A DNA stretch of 64,000 bases from Gammaproteobacteria bacterium (GTDB taxonomy: Bacteria > Pseudomonadota > Gammaproteobacteria > Eutrophobiales > Eutrophobiaceae): contig JACORW010000059.1 in assembly GCA_016179185.1 (NCBI GenBank), positions 1,400 to 65,399 on the forward strand, in the 5' to 3' direction. The notes below the pieces were generated by a model that saw only the letters and a program-made list of their open reading frames with translations, did not search any database and was not told where the DNA came from. Positions 48,123 through 56,743 of this stretch are shown piece after piece (the stretch's first letter is position 1; every line of letters begins with the position of its first letter). The position numbers and the translations under genes were made by a program.

Positions 48123-48551
48123 ATGAAAACCTACACCGCCCGCCCGGCGGATATCAAGCGCGACTGGTTTCTGATCGACGCCAGCGGCAAGACGCTCGGC
48201 CGGCTTGCCACCGAGGTCGCCCGCCGCCTGCGTGGCAAGCACAAGGTCCAGTTTACGCCGCACATGGACACCGGCGATTACATCGTTGTCATCAATGCCC
48301 GTGAGGTGCGCGTGACCGGTCGCAAGGCAAAGGACAAGTTGTATCGCCGCCATTCCGGCTATCCCGGCGGCCTGACCAGCATCAGTTTCGAAAAGTTGCA
48401 AAAAACCAATCCGGTGCGCATCATCGAGACCGCGGTGAAAGGCATGCTGCCGAAAGGCCCCCTCGGCCGGCAGATGTTCCGCAAGCTGCGCGTGTATGCG
48501 GACGGAAAGCATCAGCATTCGGCGCAACAGCCCCAGACCTTGGAGACCTGA
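48123..48551 (+). CDS. rplM: 50S ribosomal protein L13
   Basis: ORF trimmed to ATG 48123. [41 protein letters not shown]. Confidence 0.97.
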   Translation: MKTYTARPADIKRDWFLIDASGKTLGRLATEVARRLRGKHKVQFTPHMDTGDYIVVINAREVRVTGRKAKDKLYRRHSGYPGGLTSISFEKLQKTNPVRIIETAVKGMLPKGPLGRQMFRKLRVYADGKHQHSAQQPQTLET

Positions 48552-48553
48552 AC

Positions 48554-48946
48554 GTGACCCAGCAGACCTATGCCACCACCGGGCGCCGCAAGAGCAGCTC
48601 GGCGCGCGTGTTCCTGAGCAAGGGCACGGGCAAGATCACCGTCAACGATCGCACGCTGGAGCAGTACTTCGGCCGCGAGACCGGCCGCATGATGGTGCGC
48701 CAGCCGCTCGAAACCGTGAAGATGACGGATATCATTGACGTGACCATCACCGTCACCGGCGGCGGCATCACCGGCCAGGCGGGCGCCATCCGCCACGGCA
48801 TCTCCCGCGCCCTGGTGCAATACGACGAGACTCTGCGCAAGCAATTGCGCCAGGCCGGCCTGCTGACCAGGGACTCCCGCGAAGTCGAGAGAAAAAAGGT
48901 TGGGTTGCATAAAGCACGTAAGCGTCCTCAGTACTCGAAACGCTGA
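48554..48946 (+). CDS. rpsI: 30S ribosomal protein S9
   Basis: 130 aa, GTG start 2 nt after the rplM stop. [19 protein letters not shown] and C-terminal [11 protein letters not shown]. Confidence 0.97.
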   Translation: MTQQTYATTGRRKSSSARVFLSKGTGKITVNDRTLEQYFGRETGRMMVRQPLETVKMTDIIDVTITVTGGGITGQAGAIRHGISRALVQYDETLRKQLRQAGLLTRDSREVERKKVGLHKARKRPQYSKR

Positions 48947-48955
48947 CGCGTTTCA

Positions 48956-49412
48956 GCAACAAGCCACAAGCTACAAGCCACAAGGAGGTGGCAATGGATG
49001 CGCTCAGCGAATTGAATGTCTGGCGCCGCAGCAAATCTCTGGCCGTGAATATCTATCGGGCCATGTCAGTGTGTCGGGATCGGGCGTTCAAGGAACAAAT
49101 CACGCGAGCGGCAGTATCAATTCCCTCGAACATTGCCGAAGGCTATGAACGCTCGTCGCGCAAAGAGTTCGCACGCTACCTGCAGATTGCTCGGGGATCG
49201 TGTGCGGAATTGAGAACGCAAATCCAGATCGGCCAGGATATTGGATACTTCAGCAAGGAGCATGGAGACAATCTGTTAAAGGAAGCACTGGAGTTAACCA
49301 AGATGATGCAAGCACTCATCAACCGGTGCCGTGCTTCCAGCCAGCAATGACGGATTGTTGTGGTGAACTTCTTTTACTTGTAACTTGTAGCTTGTCGCTT
49401 ATAGCTTGTTGC
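48956..49412 (+). mobile_element. IVS-like stem-loop element: heptamer arms (copy A4) enclosing a four-helix-bundle gene
   Basis: Left arm GCAACAA GCCACAA GCTACAA GCCACAA GG (48956-48985). Right arm TTGTAAC TTGTAGC TTGTCGC TTATAGC TTGTTGC (49376-49412). A single ORF sits between them. Confidence 0.7.
48994..49350 (+). CDS. four-helix-bundle protein (23S rRNA intervening-sequence protein / Avd-like family)
   Basis: 118 codons from ATG 48994, 5 nt after AAGGAGG. LAVNIYRAM...ITRAAVSIPSNIAEGYERSSRKEFARYLQIARGSCAELRTQ is the family signature as I know it. Confidence 0.88.
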   Translation: MDALSELNVWRRSKSLAVNIYRAMSVCRDRAFKEQITRAAVSIPSNIAEGYERSSRKEFARYLQIARGSCAELRTQIQIGQDIGYFSKEHGDNLLKEALELTKMMQALINRCRASSQQ

Positions 49413-49419
49413 TCTCCTC

Positions 49420-49493
49420 TGGGGGATCGTCTAACGGTAGGACAGCGGACTCTGACTCCGCCAGTCTAGGTTCGAATCCTAGTCCCCCAGCCA
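49420..49493 (+). tRNA. tRNA-Gln (anticodon CUG)
   Basis: Manual cloverleaf. Acceptor TGGGGGA/TCCCCCA. D stem GTCT/GGAC. Anticodon stem GCGGA/TCCGC with loop CTCTGAC. T arm CTAGG-TTCGAAT-CCTAG. Discriminator G and encoded CCA. Confidence 0.9.
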
Positions 49494-49945
49494 AAAATGA
49501 AGCGACCCCTCACCCAGGGGTCGCTTCGTTTTTGGCCGTGGGGGGCTCAGGGTACGAGCCTTCGTTCGACAAAATTGTCGGGAACAATTTTGGACAGCGG
49601 CGCGCAGTGCCGCTGGCCCCGCAGGGGCGAGCCCCAGGGATGGGGCGAGCAATCCTAGTCCCCCAGCCAAAAAATGCCACTACCCCGCTGAGGGGTGGTG
49701 GCATTTTTCGTTGGGGGCTCAGGAGGCGAACCTTCGTTCGACAAAATCGCCGGGACAATTTCGCCGGGAGCGAAATTGGACGCCCGGCAGGGCCGCCCGG
49801 GGGGCGCAGACCACGGATGGTCTGCGTCAACAATTTTGGACAGCGGCGCGCAGTGCCGCTGGCCCCGCAGGGGCGAGCCTCAAGGATGAGGCGAGCAATC
49901 CTGGTCCCCCAGCCAAAAAACTCAATGGCCCACCGCGTGTGGGCC
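49475..49945 (+). repeat. three direct copies of the tRNA-Gln 3' end, each followed by its own hairpin, separated by conserved modules
   Basis: AATCCTAGTCCCCCAGCCA at 49475-49493 and 49651-49669. AATCCTGGTCCCCCAGCCA at 49897-49915. Hairpins at 49499-49533, 49674-49708 and 49927-49945. Confidence 0.8.
49499..49533 (+). terminator. rho-independent terminator after tRNA-Gln
   Basis: GAAGCGACCCCtcacccaGGGGTCGCTTC followed by GTTTTT. Confidence 0.8.
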
Positions 49946-49959
49946 GTTCCGGTTTTAAT

Positions 49960-51216
49960 TCAGTCCGGCAGCACAAGGACGAGAAATCCATCGGGCGCCA
50001 GGCGCGTCGCCAGCATCACCTCGTTGATATCCTGGTGCTCCAACCAGGTGCTGGCGCGTTGATGCGCGGGGACACGCCAGAACGATTCGATTTCGTTGCC
50101 CAGGGGCACATAGCGCATGAGCGCCTCAAGCTCCGCGCGAACCGCATGGCGTACGGCAATGGGATTCTGTCCGGCCGGCTGCCGCATGCGCTCGACGGCG
50201 TGCAGCCCGATTGCCAGCCCGAGTTCCCGAAAGGCAAGCCGATGCTCAGCCGGCGTTCGCAGTTCCCCGCTTCGGGCGTAGTACTCGAGACCCGCAAGCG
50301 CCGCCCCGAGCAGGTGCTCAGGAAAATCCCCATCCGACAGCAGACCCTGGTCGATCAGTTGCACTACGCGATAGGCGTCTACCAGGAGTTCGCCGATGCC
50401 GAGTGGATCGGCACTCGCCAAATCGGCGCCTGTTGTCATCTGCGCATACCGCCGGCCAACCTCTCCAAGATCGGGACCGCCGGGCGGTTGGGGGAGCCGG
50501 TCCACCGTGGTGCGCAGTTGCATCGTTGTGATGTAGCCGCCCAGCGGATCATGCTGCCCCATCGAAGGCACAAGCGGGCGCCTGAGATCGATGCTCATCT
50601 TCCAGTACATCCTTGGGGTATGGTTCGCGGAAGGCAGGTAGGTGAAGGCAACATATGCGCTTCCTGCAAGCTCCTGTGCCCAAGATCTGAACCTGGGATC
50701 TCCTGTGGACCGGCTCACCTGATCCAGGGCGTGCATCCACTTCGTCAGATAATGAAAATACTGGCCATCGCGCTCCCACTCCAGACGCTCGTCGTAGGGT
50801 TCGTCTTCGCCGCGCTCCGGGAGGCGCTTGCCTATGCGAAGTCCGCCGCGGGTGGGATGGGCTTCGGCCTCGTCCGTGCCCAGCCCGCTGATCCAGCCCT
50901 TGCGTTGATCGTCGGCCCGGTGCCGGCCGAGCACGTGGTGGACCTGATCGACCAGTCGCAGCGCGAGATCGGTGTAGCGCTGCTCGCCGGTCGCGCGCGC
51001 CAGACCCAAAAAGTTGCACACCGCGAACGCATCGGTCCACAGATAACGCCGCGGCGGGCGATCGGAATCGAGCCCGGTGCGCTGGGCGAAGCTCTGCATC
51101 ATTGCGATGGCCTCCGCGGTACGCGCATCAGATACAGTCATCGATTCCTCTCGTGCGTTTGTGATCGCCGGCCCGAGCGACAGCAGCACGATCACCCCCG
51201 CAACGCGGACCTGCAT
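49960..51216 (-). CDS. exported hypothetical protein
   Basis: 418 aa. Signal peptide MQVRVAGVIVLLSLGPAITNA. Ordinary amino-acid composition, unlike the Arg-rich antisense ORF 49711..51441. Starts 3 nt after the CapA-like stop. Confidence 0.65.
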   Translation of the reverse strand: MQVRVAGVIVLLSLGPAITNAREESMTVSDARTAEAIAMMQSFAQRTGLDSDRPPRRYLWTDAFAVCNFLGLARATGEQRYTDLALRLVDQVHHVLGRHRADDQRKGWISGLGTDEAEAHPTRGGLRIGKRLPERGEDEPYDERLEWERDGQYFHYLTKWMHALDQVSRSTGDPRFRSWAQELAGSAYVAFTYLPSANHTPRMYWKMSIDLRRPLVPSMGQHDPLGGYITTMQLRTTVDRLPQPPGGPDLGEVGRRYAQMTTGADLASADPLGIGELLVDAYRVVQLIDQGLLSDGDFPEHLLGAALAGLEYYARSGELRTPAEHRLAFRELGLAIGLHAVERMRQPAGQNPIAVRHAVRAELEALMRYVPLGNEIESFWRVPAHQRASTWLEHQDINEVMLATRLAPDGFLVLVLPD

Positions 51217-51219
51217 TCG

Positions 51220-52425
51220 TCACTCCAGGCTGAGGCTCGCATCCGCATTGAGCCTTACGCTCACCCCGAATCGCGAGCCTTCCCGATTGAGCGTTTCCGC
51301 GAGCCATTGCGCGTCGGACGGGGCGGCCCGATGCAGGCTGAAACGCTGAATTGTCAACGGAATCATCCTGAGCTGCGCGAGGTTTCCGGTCACCGCATCC
51401 AGCGTTGGGAAGTACATCAGCGTGAGTTCACTTCTGAATGATTCATTTCCGCCGATGCCTTCATAGTCATTGAGAAAATCGCCGGTCCCGTAGAGGATCA
51501 ACTTGCCCCGGTAGATCTCGAACGCCTTGGGGTGGTGGGAGGAGTGTCCATGAATCAAATCAACGGCACCGTGGTCGACAAGGAAATGCGCGAAATCGAG
51601 CTGCGAATCCGGAATGTGATGACCCCAGTTATCGCCCCAATGGACGGAGGCGACAACCACGTCTCCTGCCTTTCTTTCGGTCTTGATCTGATCGGCGATA
51701 TGCTGCGCGCTCCGGAGCGATAAATCGTTCAGCAGCCGGATGCCGGCCTGACCGTTCGAGGCGGCCCAACCCGGGGGAATGCCGCTGCTCGTCACGCCGA
51801 AACCGAATACGAGAATGCGACCCTTGCCGGCAACTTCCTTCACCGCCGGGGCAGAAGCGGACGCGAGGTCGCGCCCGGCGCCGACACCGGTCACGCCAAT
51901 TCGCCGCAAGGTTTCCAGAGTTTCGGCGAGACCGGCGTAGCCCCAGTCCAGCACATGATTGTTTGCAAGCGACGCCACCTCGACGCCGGCGGCCGCGAGG
52001 CAAGCGGCGTTGGCGGGGTGCATACGGTAGTGGATGCCCTTGCCGTGCCAGGGATCATTGCTGGCCGTGACGCTCGTTTCGAGATTGATCAGGCGAAGAT
52101 TGGGCGCCGCGCGTTGCAGCTCGTCGAGTGCGTCACCCCACAGATAAGCGCAACTTACCGGTCGAGGGATTGGACCGTTGGCGCGCTCGGCGAGCGCGAC
52201 GTAATCACGCGCGTCCTTCACCCAGGGTTCATGCAATTCCGGATCGCCGGGGTGCAAGAGTACCTGATCGATTCCCCGCCCGGTCATCACGTCACCGCAT
52301 AGAAACAACGTAATTTGACCGTCCTGGTTCGTCGGTTCCGCGTGCGGGTGCTGCATCACGCCGGCAAGCAGCAGGAGTGCGGCCAGCCGGCTAAATACGT
52401 GTTCCGAAATATGATACAAGTACAC
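51220..52425 (-). CDS. CapA/PGA_cap-family metallophosphoesterase-like protein
   Basis: LFLCGDVMTGRG, LANNHVLDWG and IHGHSSHHPK motifs. ORF 51220..52611 trimmed to GTG 52425 because upstream codons are MITE sequence. The start remains uncertain (ATG 52356 is an alternative). Confidence 0.78.
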   Translation of the reverse strand: MYLYHISEHVFSRLAALLLLAGVMQHPHAEPTNQDGQITLFLCGDVMTGRGIDQVLLHPGDPELHEPWVKDARDYVALAERANGPIPRPVSCAYLWGDALDELQRAAPNLRLINLETSVTASNDPWHGKGIHYRMHPANAACLAAAGVEVASLANNHVLDWGYAGLAETLETLRRIGVTGVGAGRDLASASAPAVKEVAGKGRILVFGFGVTSSGIPPGWAASNGQAGIRLLNDLSLRSAQHIADQIKTERKAGDVVVASVHWGDNWGHHIPDSQLDFAHFLVDHGAVDLIHGHSSHHPKAFEIYRGKLILYGTGDFLNDYEGIGGNESFRSELTLMYFPTLDAVTGNLAQLRMIPLTIQRFSLHRAAPSDAQWLAETLNREGSRFGVSVRLNADASLSLE

Positions 52426-52570
52426 AATGGGCAGTCCGATCCCATGTTGGCAGACACGCCGTAAATACGTCCATGTAGGCTTGAGTGCCGCTGTCCATGC
52501 GGCACACAGTCCGCCAACATGGGATCGGACCACCCGTCTGTTCTGCAATTCGGAGCAGCTATTTAGAGGC
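52390..52570. mobile_element. MITE-like element (family F, copy F3)
   Basis: Inner inverted repeat GTCCGATCCCATGTTGGCAGAC / GTCCGCCAACATGGGATCGGAC. Core ACGCCGTAAATACGTCCATGTAGGCTTGAGT. The outer arms resemble those of F2. Overlaps the 5' end of the CapA-like ORF. Confidence 0.65.
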
Positions 52571-52843
52571 GGCCGCACTTGCACGCATCCCGCGACTTCG
52601 CCGTGCCACACTCCGCTTCCCGCAGAATCCGGATCAACTGCTCCTCGGAATATCGCTTCCGCATTTGCAAGTCCTCCATCATTAAACTACCACGGACCGT
52701 GATATCGGCTCGAAATTATCATTCTGGGCCGGCGAAGTCCGGCAATGATGCAGGCGCGGCTGGCGGCTTGAAGTCGATGCCGGTCAAATGGGTAGCTCGG
52801 TCAGCTGACACCCGGAGAATCGGGGCCCGGGGTATGGGCCGCC

Positions 52844-54025
52844 TTACTGCGCCAGGCGATTGTATTTTCTGAGCACCGCCCGCAGCTTGTCGTGGGGCAG
52901 CGCAATCACCTTGTGATCGTCCGCGCCGGTCATGGTCTCCGCGGCGACCATGGCGTTGACGATGGCTTCTTCCGTCGCCTGCACGGTACCGGCCAACACC
53001 GGGTCCATCCGATCGTTCGGAAGCATCGTGATCTGCGTCAGTCCCTGCGAACTGGCCGCGCCGGAGTTGGCAGTCGAGAACGCGATGAATATATCGCCGG
53101 AACCGTTGCCGGAGAGACTCCCCATACGGCCAAGCCCCAGGGACACGCGCCGCGCCAACCGTTGTAACTGGTGGGCGACCAGCGGCGCATCGGTGGCCAC
53201 GACGACGATGATGGAACCCCGTTCGTCCTGCGAAAATTTCCCGCCGTACGCGGGATACTCGGGGATCTCGACGCCCACCGGCACTCCCGCAATGCGCAGG
53301 TTCGGCCGCAGGCCGTAATTGCACTGGACCAGCACGCCGACGCTATAAGCACCGGGCTTTTCCGCGACCTTCCGGGATGCGGTACCGATGCCGCCCTTGA
53401 ACTCGTTGCAGATCATGCCCGTCCCGCCGCCGACCGATCCCTCCGGAACCGGCCCGGCGGCGGCGGAATCGATCGCATGAAACACGTGCTCCGGCTTCAC
53501 ATGGAAACCATTGATGTCGTTGAGCCAGCCGTCCCATGTCTCCGCGACCACCGGCAGCGACCACCAGTACCCGGTCGGATCCGGTTCCTGGCGCGCGACG
53601 CGCCACTGTATGACGGCATCCCGTACCACGCCGACGCTGTGGGTGTTCGTGATCATTACCGGGCCTTCCAGGAATCCGGACTTTTCCACCCACGTGGTGC
53701 CCGTCATCTCGCCGTTGCCGTTTTGCGAGAACCAGCCGGCGAAGACGGGATTGCTCATGGAGTCTTTTCCACGCGGGAGAATCGCCGTGACCCCCGTTCG
53801 GACCGGGCCATTGCCGACCTGGAGTTTCCCTTCACCGGATATCAATGTCGTATGGCCGACGGTGACGCCGGCCACATCCGTGATCGCATTCAACGCCCCC
53901 GGCGTACCGTCGAAAAGCACGCCAAGAGCCCGCGCGCGCGGCTTGGAACCCTCGTGGTCCTGTGCCATAGCCGGGATCGCGCCGGACAGCAGCGCCACTA
54001 CACAGATTGCGCCGATCATTCTCAT
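52844..54025 (-). CDS. exported DmpA/peptidase S58-family aminopeptidase
   Basis: Signal peptide MRMIGAICVVALLSGAIPAMA. ITDVAGVTVGHTT and GVTAILP are typical of the family. ATG 54025 forms an ATGA overlap with the upstream stop (track start GTG 54037). Confidence 0.85.
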   Translation of the reverse strand: MRMIGAICVVALLSGAIPAMAQDHEGSKPRARALGVLFDGTPGALNAITDVAGVTVGHTTLISGEGKLQVGNGPVRTGVTAILPRGKDSMSNPVFAGWFSQNGNGEMTGTTWVEKSGFLEGPVMITNTHSVGVVRDAVIQWRVARQEPDPTGYWWSLPVVAETWDGWLNDINGFHVKPEHVFHAIDSAAAGPVPEGSVGGGTGMICNEFKGGIGTASRKVAEKPGAYSVGVLVQCNYGLRPNLRIAGVPVGVEIPEYPAYGGKFSQDERGSIIVVVATDAPLVAHQLQRLARRVSLGLGRMGSLSGNGSGDIFIAFSTANSGAASSQGLTQITMLPNDRMDPVLAGTVQATEEAIVNAMVAAETMTGADDHKVIALPHDKLRAVLRKYNRLAQ

Positions 54026-55731
54026 GGGACGCTCCACAAGGCGTCGTATACCCTCTCGCCACCGATGTAGGCACGTTTGACGCGGGTAGCGTGCACCTGC
54101 GTGACCGGCACTTCGAATGGGTTCTGATTTACGACGATGACGTCCGCCAGCATGCCGGGCTCAATGCGGCCTACCAGGTGCCCGGCACCCGCATATCTCG
54201 CCGCGTTCACCGTAAACATGTCGAAGGCCTGTTTCAGCGTGATGGCTTCATTCTTGCCGTAGGAATCGGGGCTGCCACCAGGTCTTTCGCGCGTAACAAG
54301 GGTTTCCAGACCGATCCACGGACTCGCAGAGGGTACTACCGACCAGTCCGAACCCGGCACCACGAGCGCGCCCGACTCAAGCAGCTCCTTCACCGGCCAC
54401 ACCCGGTCCATGCGCGCATCGCCGATGGCGCGGATGATGTCGTTGTTAATGGGGCTCGGCGACCACAGATAGGGAGAGACTTCGAACGTCGCGCCGATTT
54501 CACGGGCACGGCCCACGTCCGCCTGCGCTACGAACGTGCAATGGGCCACGTCGTGCATCAGGCCGCTGAAGCCGTTGGCCGTGCGCGCCGCCTCGATGGC
54601 GTCGAGGCTGGCGCGCACGGCGGCGTCCCCGGCGGCGTGAAATTTTACCGCGAGACCCATGCGGTCGAAGCGCATCACTGCCTCGTTCAGCACCTTCGGC
54701 TCGACCAGCAGCATGCCGAAGCGGGCAGCATCGTCGGTGCGCCCCACCATCTCGCTGCCGTAGGGTTCCAGCATCGCAGCCGTGTGGCTGTCCGTGGGCA
54801 CGCCGTCGAGTACGATCTTGACGCAATCCGTATCCACGCGGTCCCGCGCATAGACATTACGCGCGGCTACGGTGGCCTCTTTGGCCGGATCACCCGGGGC
54901 CCAGGAAATGCACAGGCGCGCCCGCTGCTTCAATTCGCCCGAGTCCGCCAGTGCCGCGTAGGCGCGGATTTCCCTGTCGCCGCCCGCGGCAAAACCCATG
55001 TCCGCTTCCGTGAACGACGTGATGCCGTGGGAAAGCATTTCGTGCGTCGCCCACTTGATGGCCGCGCGAACTTCCTCGTCCGTGGGCGGCGGCACGGGCT
55101 TCGCCGCCAGCACGAGGGCCTCCTCGCGGAACACGCCCGTGGGTTCGCCGCGGCTGTCGCGCTCGATGATGCCGCCGGGCGGGTTGGGCGTGTCGCGGGT
55201 GATGCCCGCCGCCCTGAGGGCCGGTGTGTTGGCCAGCGAACTGTGGCCGCTGGTATCCACCAGCAGCACGGGATTGTCCGGCGACACGGCATCGAGCATG
55301 CCGCTGTCCGGCACGCGCCCGAGCGCCGAGGCATCCCATTGTCCGCCCGTGATCCAGGCGCCGGGCGCGGCACGGGCCGCGCAGGCTCTCACGCTGGCTT
55401 GCAGTTGCTTCAGGTCGGAGCCTTGCTCGATGCGGCAGCGCTGCTCACTGAGGCCCGCATACAGTGGGTGCACGTGGGTATCGTGCAGGCCCGGCAGCAG
55501 CGTGTCGCCGCGCAGGTCGTCCACCTGGGTGCGCCAGACGCGGTACACGTTCACCTCCTCCGCCGTACCCACGGCGATAATGACACCGTCGCGGACGGCC
55601 ACGGCTTCTGCCCAGCCGGAGGGCGTCCTGACCCTGCCGCCGGTGAGGATAAGCTCCGCGGCCAGGTGCGTCGCCATGGCCGGCACGGCCACCACTGTGG
55701 CCATGACCCAGGCGATGAGGTGCCTTTTCAT
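54022..55731 (-). CDS. exported amidohydrolase (Amidohydro_3/YtcJ-like)
   Basis: ORF trimmed to ATG 55731, 7 nt after AAGGAGG. Signal peptide MKRHLIAWVMATVVAVPAMA. Metal-binding LLPGLHDTHVHP. Confidence 0.85.
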   Translation of the reverse strand: MKRHLIAWVMATVVAVPAMATHLAAELILTGGRVRTPSGWAEAVAVRDGVIIAVGTAEEVNVYRVWRTQVDDLRGDTLLPGLHDTHVHPLYAGLSEQRCRIEQGSDLKQLQASVRACAARAAPGAWITGGQWDASALGRVPDSGMLDAVSPDNPVLLVDTSGHSSLANTPALRAAGITRDTPNPPGGIIERDSRGEPTGVFREEALVLAAKPVPPPTDEEVRAAIKWATHEMLSHGITSFTEADMGFAAGGDREIRAYAALADSGELKQRARLCISWAPGDPAKEATVAARNVYARDRVDTDCVKIVLDGVPTDSHTAAMLEPYGSEMVGRTDDAARFGMLLVEPKVLNEAVMRFDRMGLAVKFHAAGDAAVRASLDAIEAARTANGFSGLMHDVAHCTFVAQADVGRAREIGATFEVSPYLWSPSPINNDIIRAIGDARMDRVWPVKELLESGALVVPGSDWSVVPSASPWIGLETLVTRERPGGSPDSYGKNEAITLKQAFDMFTVNAARYAGAGHLVGRIEPGMLADVIVVNQNPFEVPVTQVHATRVKRAYIGGERVYDALWSVP

Positions 55732-55810
55732 CTGCGTGCCTCCTTTGTCCGGGTGCAATGATCACGGCCGGTGGCGGCGCCAATCTCCGCAGTCTCATGC
55801 GTTGCCGCCG

Positions 55811-56743
55811 TCATGGATTTTCCCTTACGTGATTCTCGACACTGTACTTGAGAAAGAAGTCCGCTTCGGCATGGTCGGGATACAGTTCGATCATTTTTTC
55901 CATGGCTTCCTGCCTGGTCTTCGCCACTGACGTAATACGCGTGTAGTTGTCAATGTATTGGACCATCTCGTCGAAAAGTTCCATGCCGGCAATGTCGCCG
56001 TGGCCGGGATACACGGTCGGATTGGCAGCTGCATACCGGGCTTTCAGCCTGATCAACTCCGCCCGCCAGTTTGCGATGTTCTCTCTGCTGATGTCGTCAC
56101 CCTGCCAGTGATGAACCTTGTTGTATCCCAGGTCCGAAAGAAACAGGGCATTCAGATCCCTGCTATACACGGTCGTCGTGTAATGGGCTTCCGCAGGCAG
56201 GTAGTCGGTGGCAAGCTCCAGCGTGCCTCCGCCCTCCAAATTCAGCGTATTCCCGGGCAATACTTGGATGGTATTTTCGTAATCGAAGCCCCCGGGGTTG
56301 CCGGCCGCCTTCGGCCGCAGGGCCGGTTCCAGCGCAGGCTCGGCACTGGTCTCGCCGCCGGAGTCCATATAGATCGCGTACACCTTGATGTCCCGCCTTA
56401 TGTCTTCGCTGGCGACGACAATTTTCGCATCCGGAAATTCGTCGCGGAAAAGCGGCATGCCCGTGAAGTGATCGGTGTGCCCATGGGTAATCAGGACATG
56501 TGTCAAAGGCAGTTTCCTGGCCCTTATTGCCTCAACCAGTTTCCTGGCATCATCGGTTTTTCGCAGCACGTCTATGACGACAAGCGAGGTGCCATTGGAA
56601 ACGATGAACGAATTGACCGTCGCAAACTGGCCCTTGAATACTTCCACTTCAAGACTGCCTGCATTCCCGGCCCGCGATGAAGAGAATCCGGCGATGGCCA
56701 GCACTGCCGCAACCACATGAATGATCGGTCGCAGCGAATTCAT
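55811..56743 (-). CDS. exported MBL-fold metallo-hydrolase
   Basis: Signal peptide MNSLRPIIHVVAAVLAIAGFSSS. HxHxDH motif in VLITHGHTDHFTG. Confidence 0.85.
   Translation of the reverse strand: MNSLRPIIHVVAAVLAIAGFSSSRAGNAGSLEVEVFKGQFATVNSFIVSNGTSLVVIDVLRKTDDARKLVEAIRARKLPLTHVLITHGHTDHFTGMPLFRDEFPDAKIVVASEDIRRDIKVYAIYMDSGGETSAEPALEPALRPKAAGNPGGFDYENTIQVLPGNTLNLEGGGTLELATDYLPAEAHYTTTVYSRDLNALFLSDLGYNKVHHWQGDDISRENIANWRAELIRLKARYAAANPTVYPGHGDIAGMELFDEMVQYIDNYTRITSVAKTRQEAMEKMIELYPDHAEADFFLKYSVENHVRENP

Noticed and set aside
49536-49915. tmRNA-like or tRNA-like gene in the units after tRNA-Gln. A 5' TGGGGG could pair with the 3' CCCCCA, and a UUCGAC string recalls the tmRNA 5' region.
   Set aside because: There is no T-arm (the GGTTCGAAT part of the tRNA is not duplicated), no plausible resume codon or tag ORF, and UUCGAC is at the wrong distance from the 5' end. 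I report it only as a repeat/att-like array.
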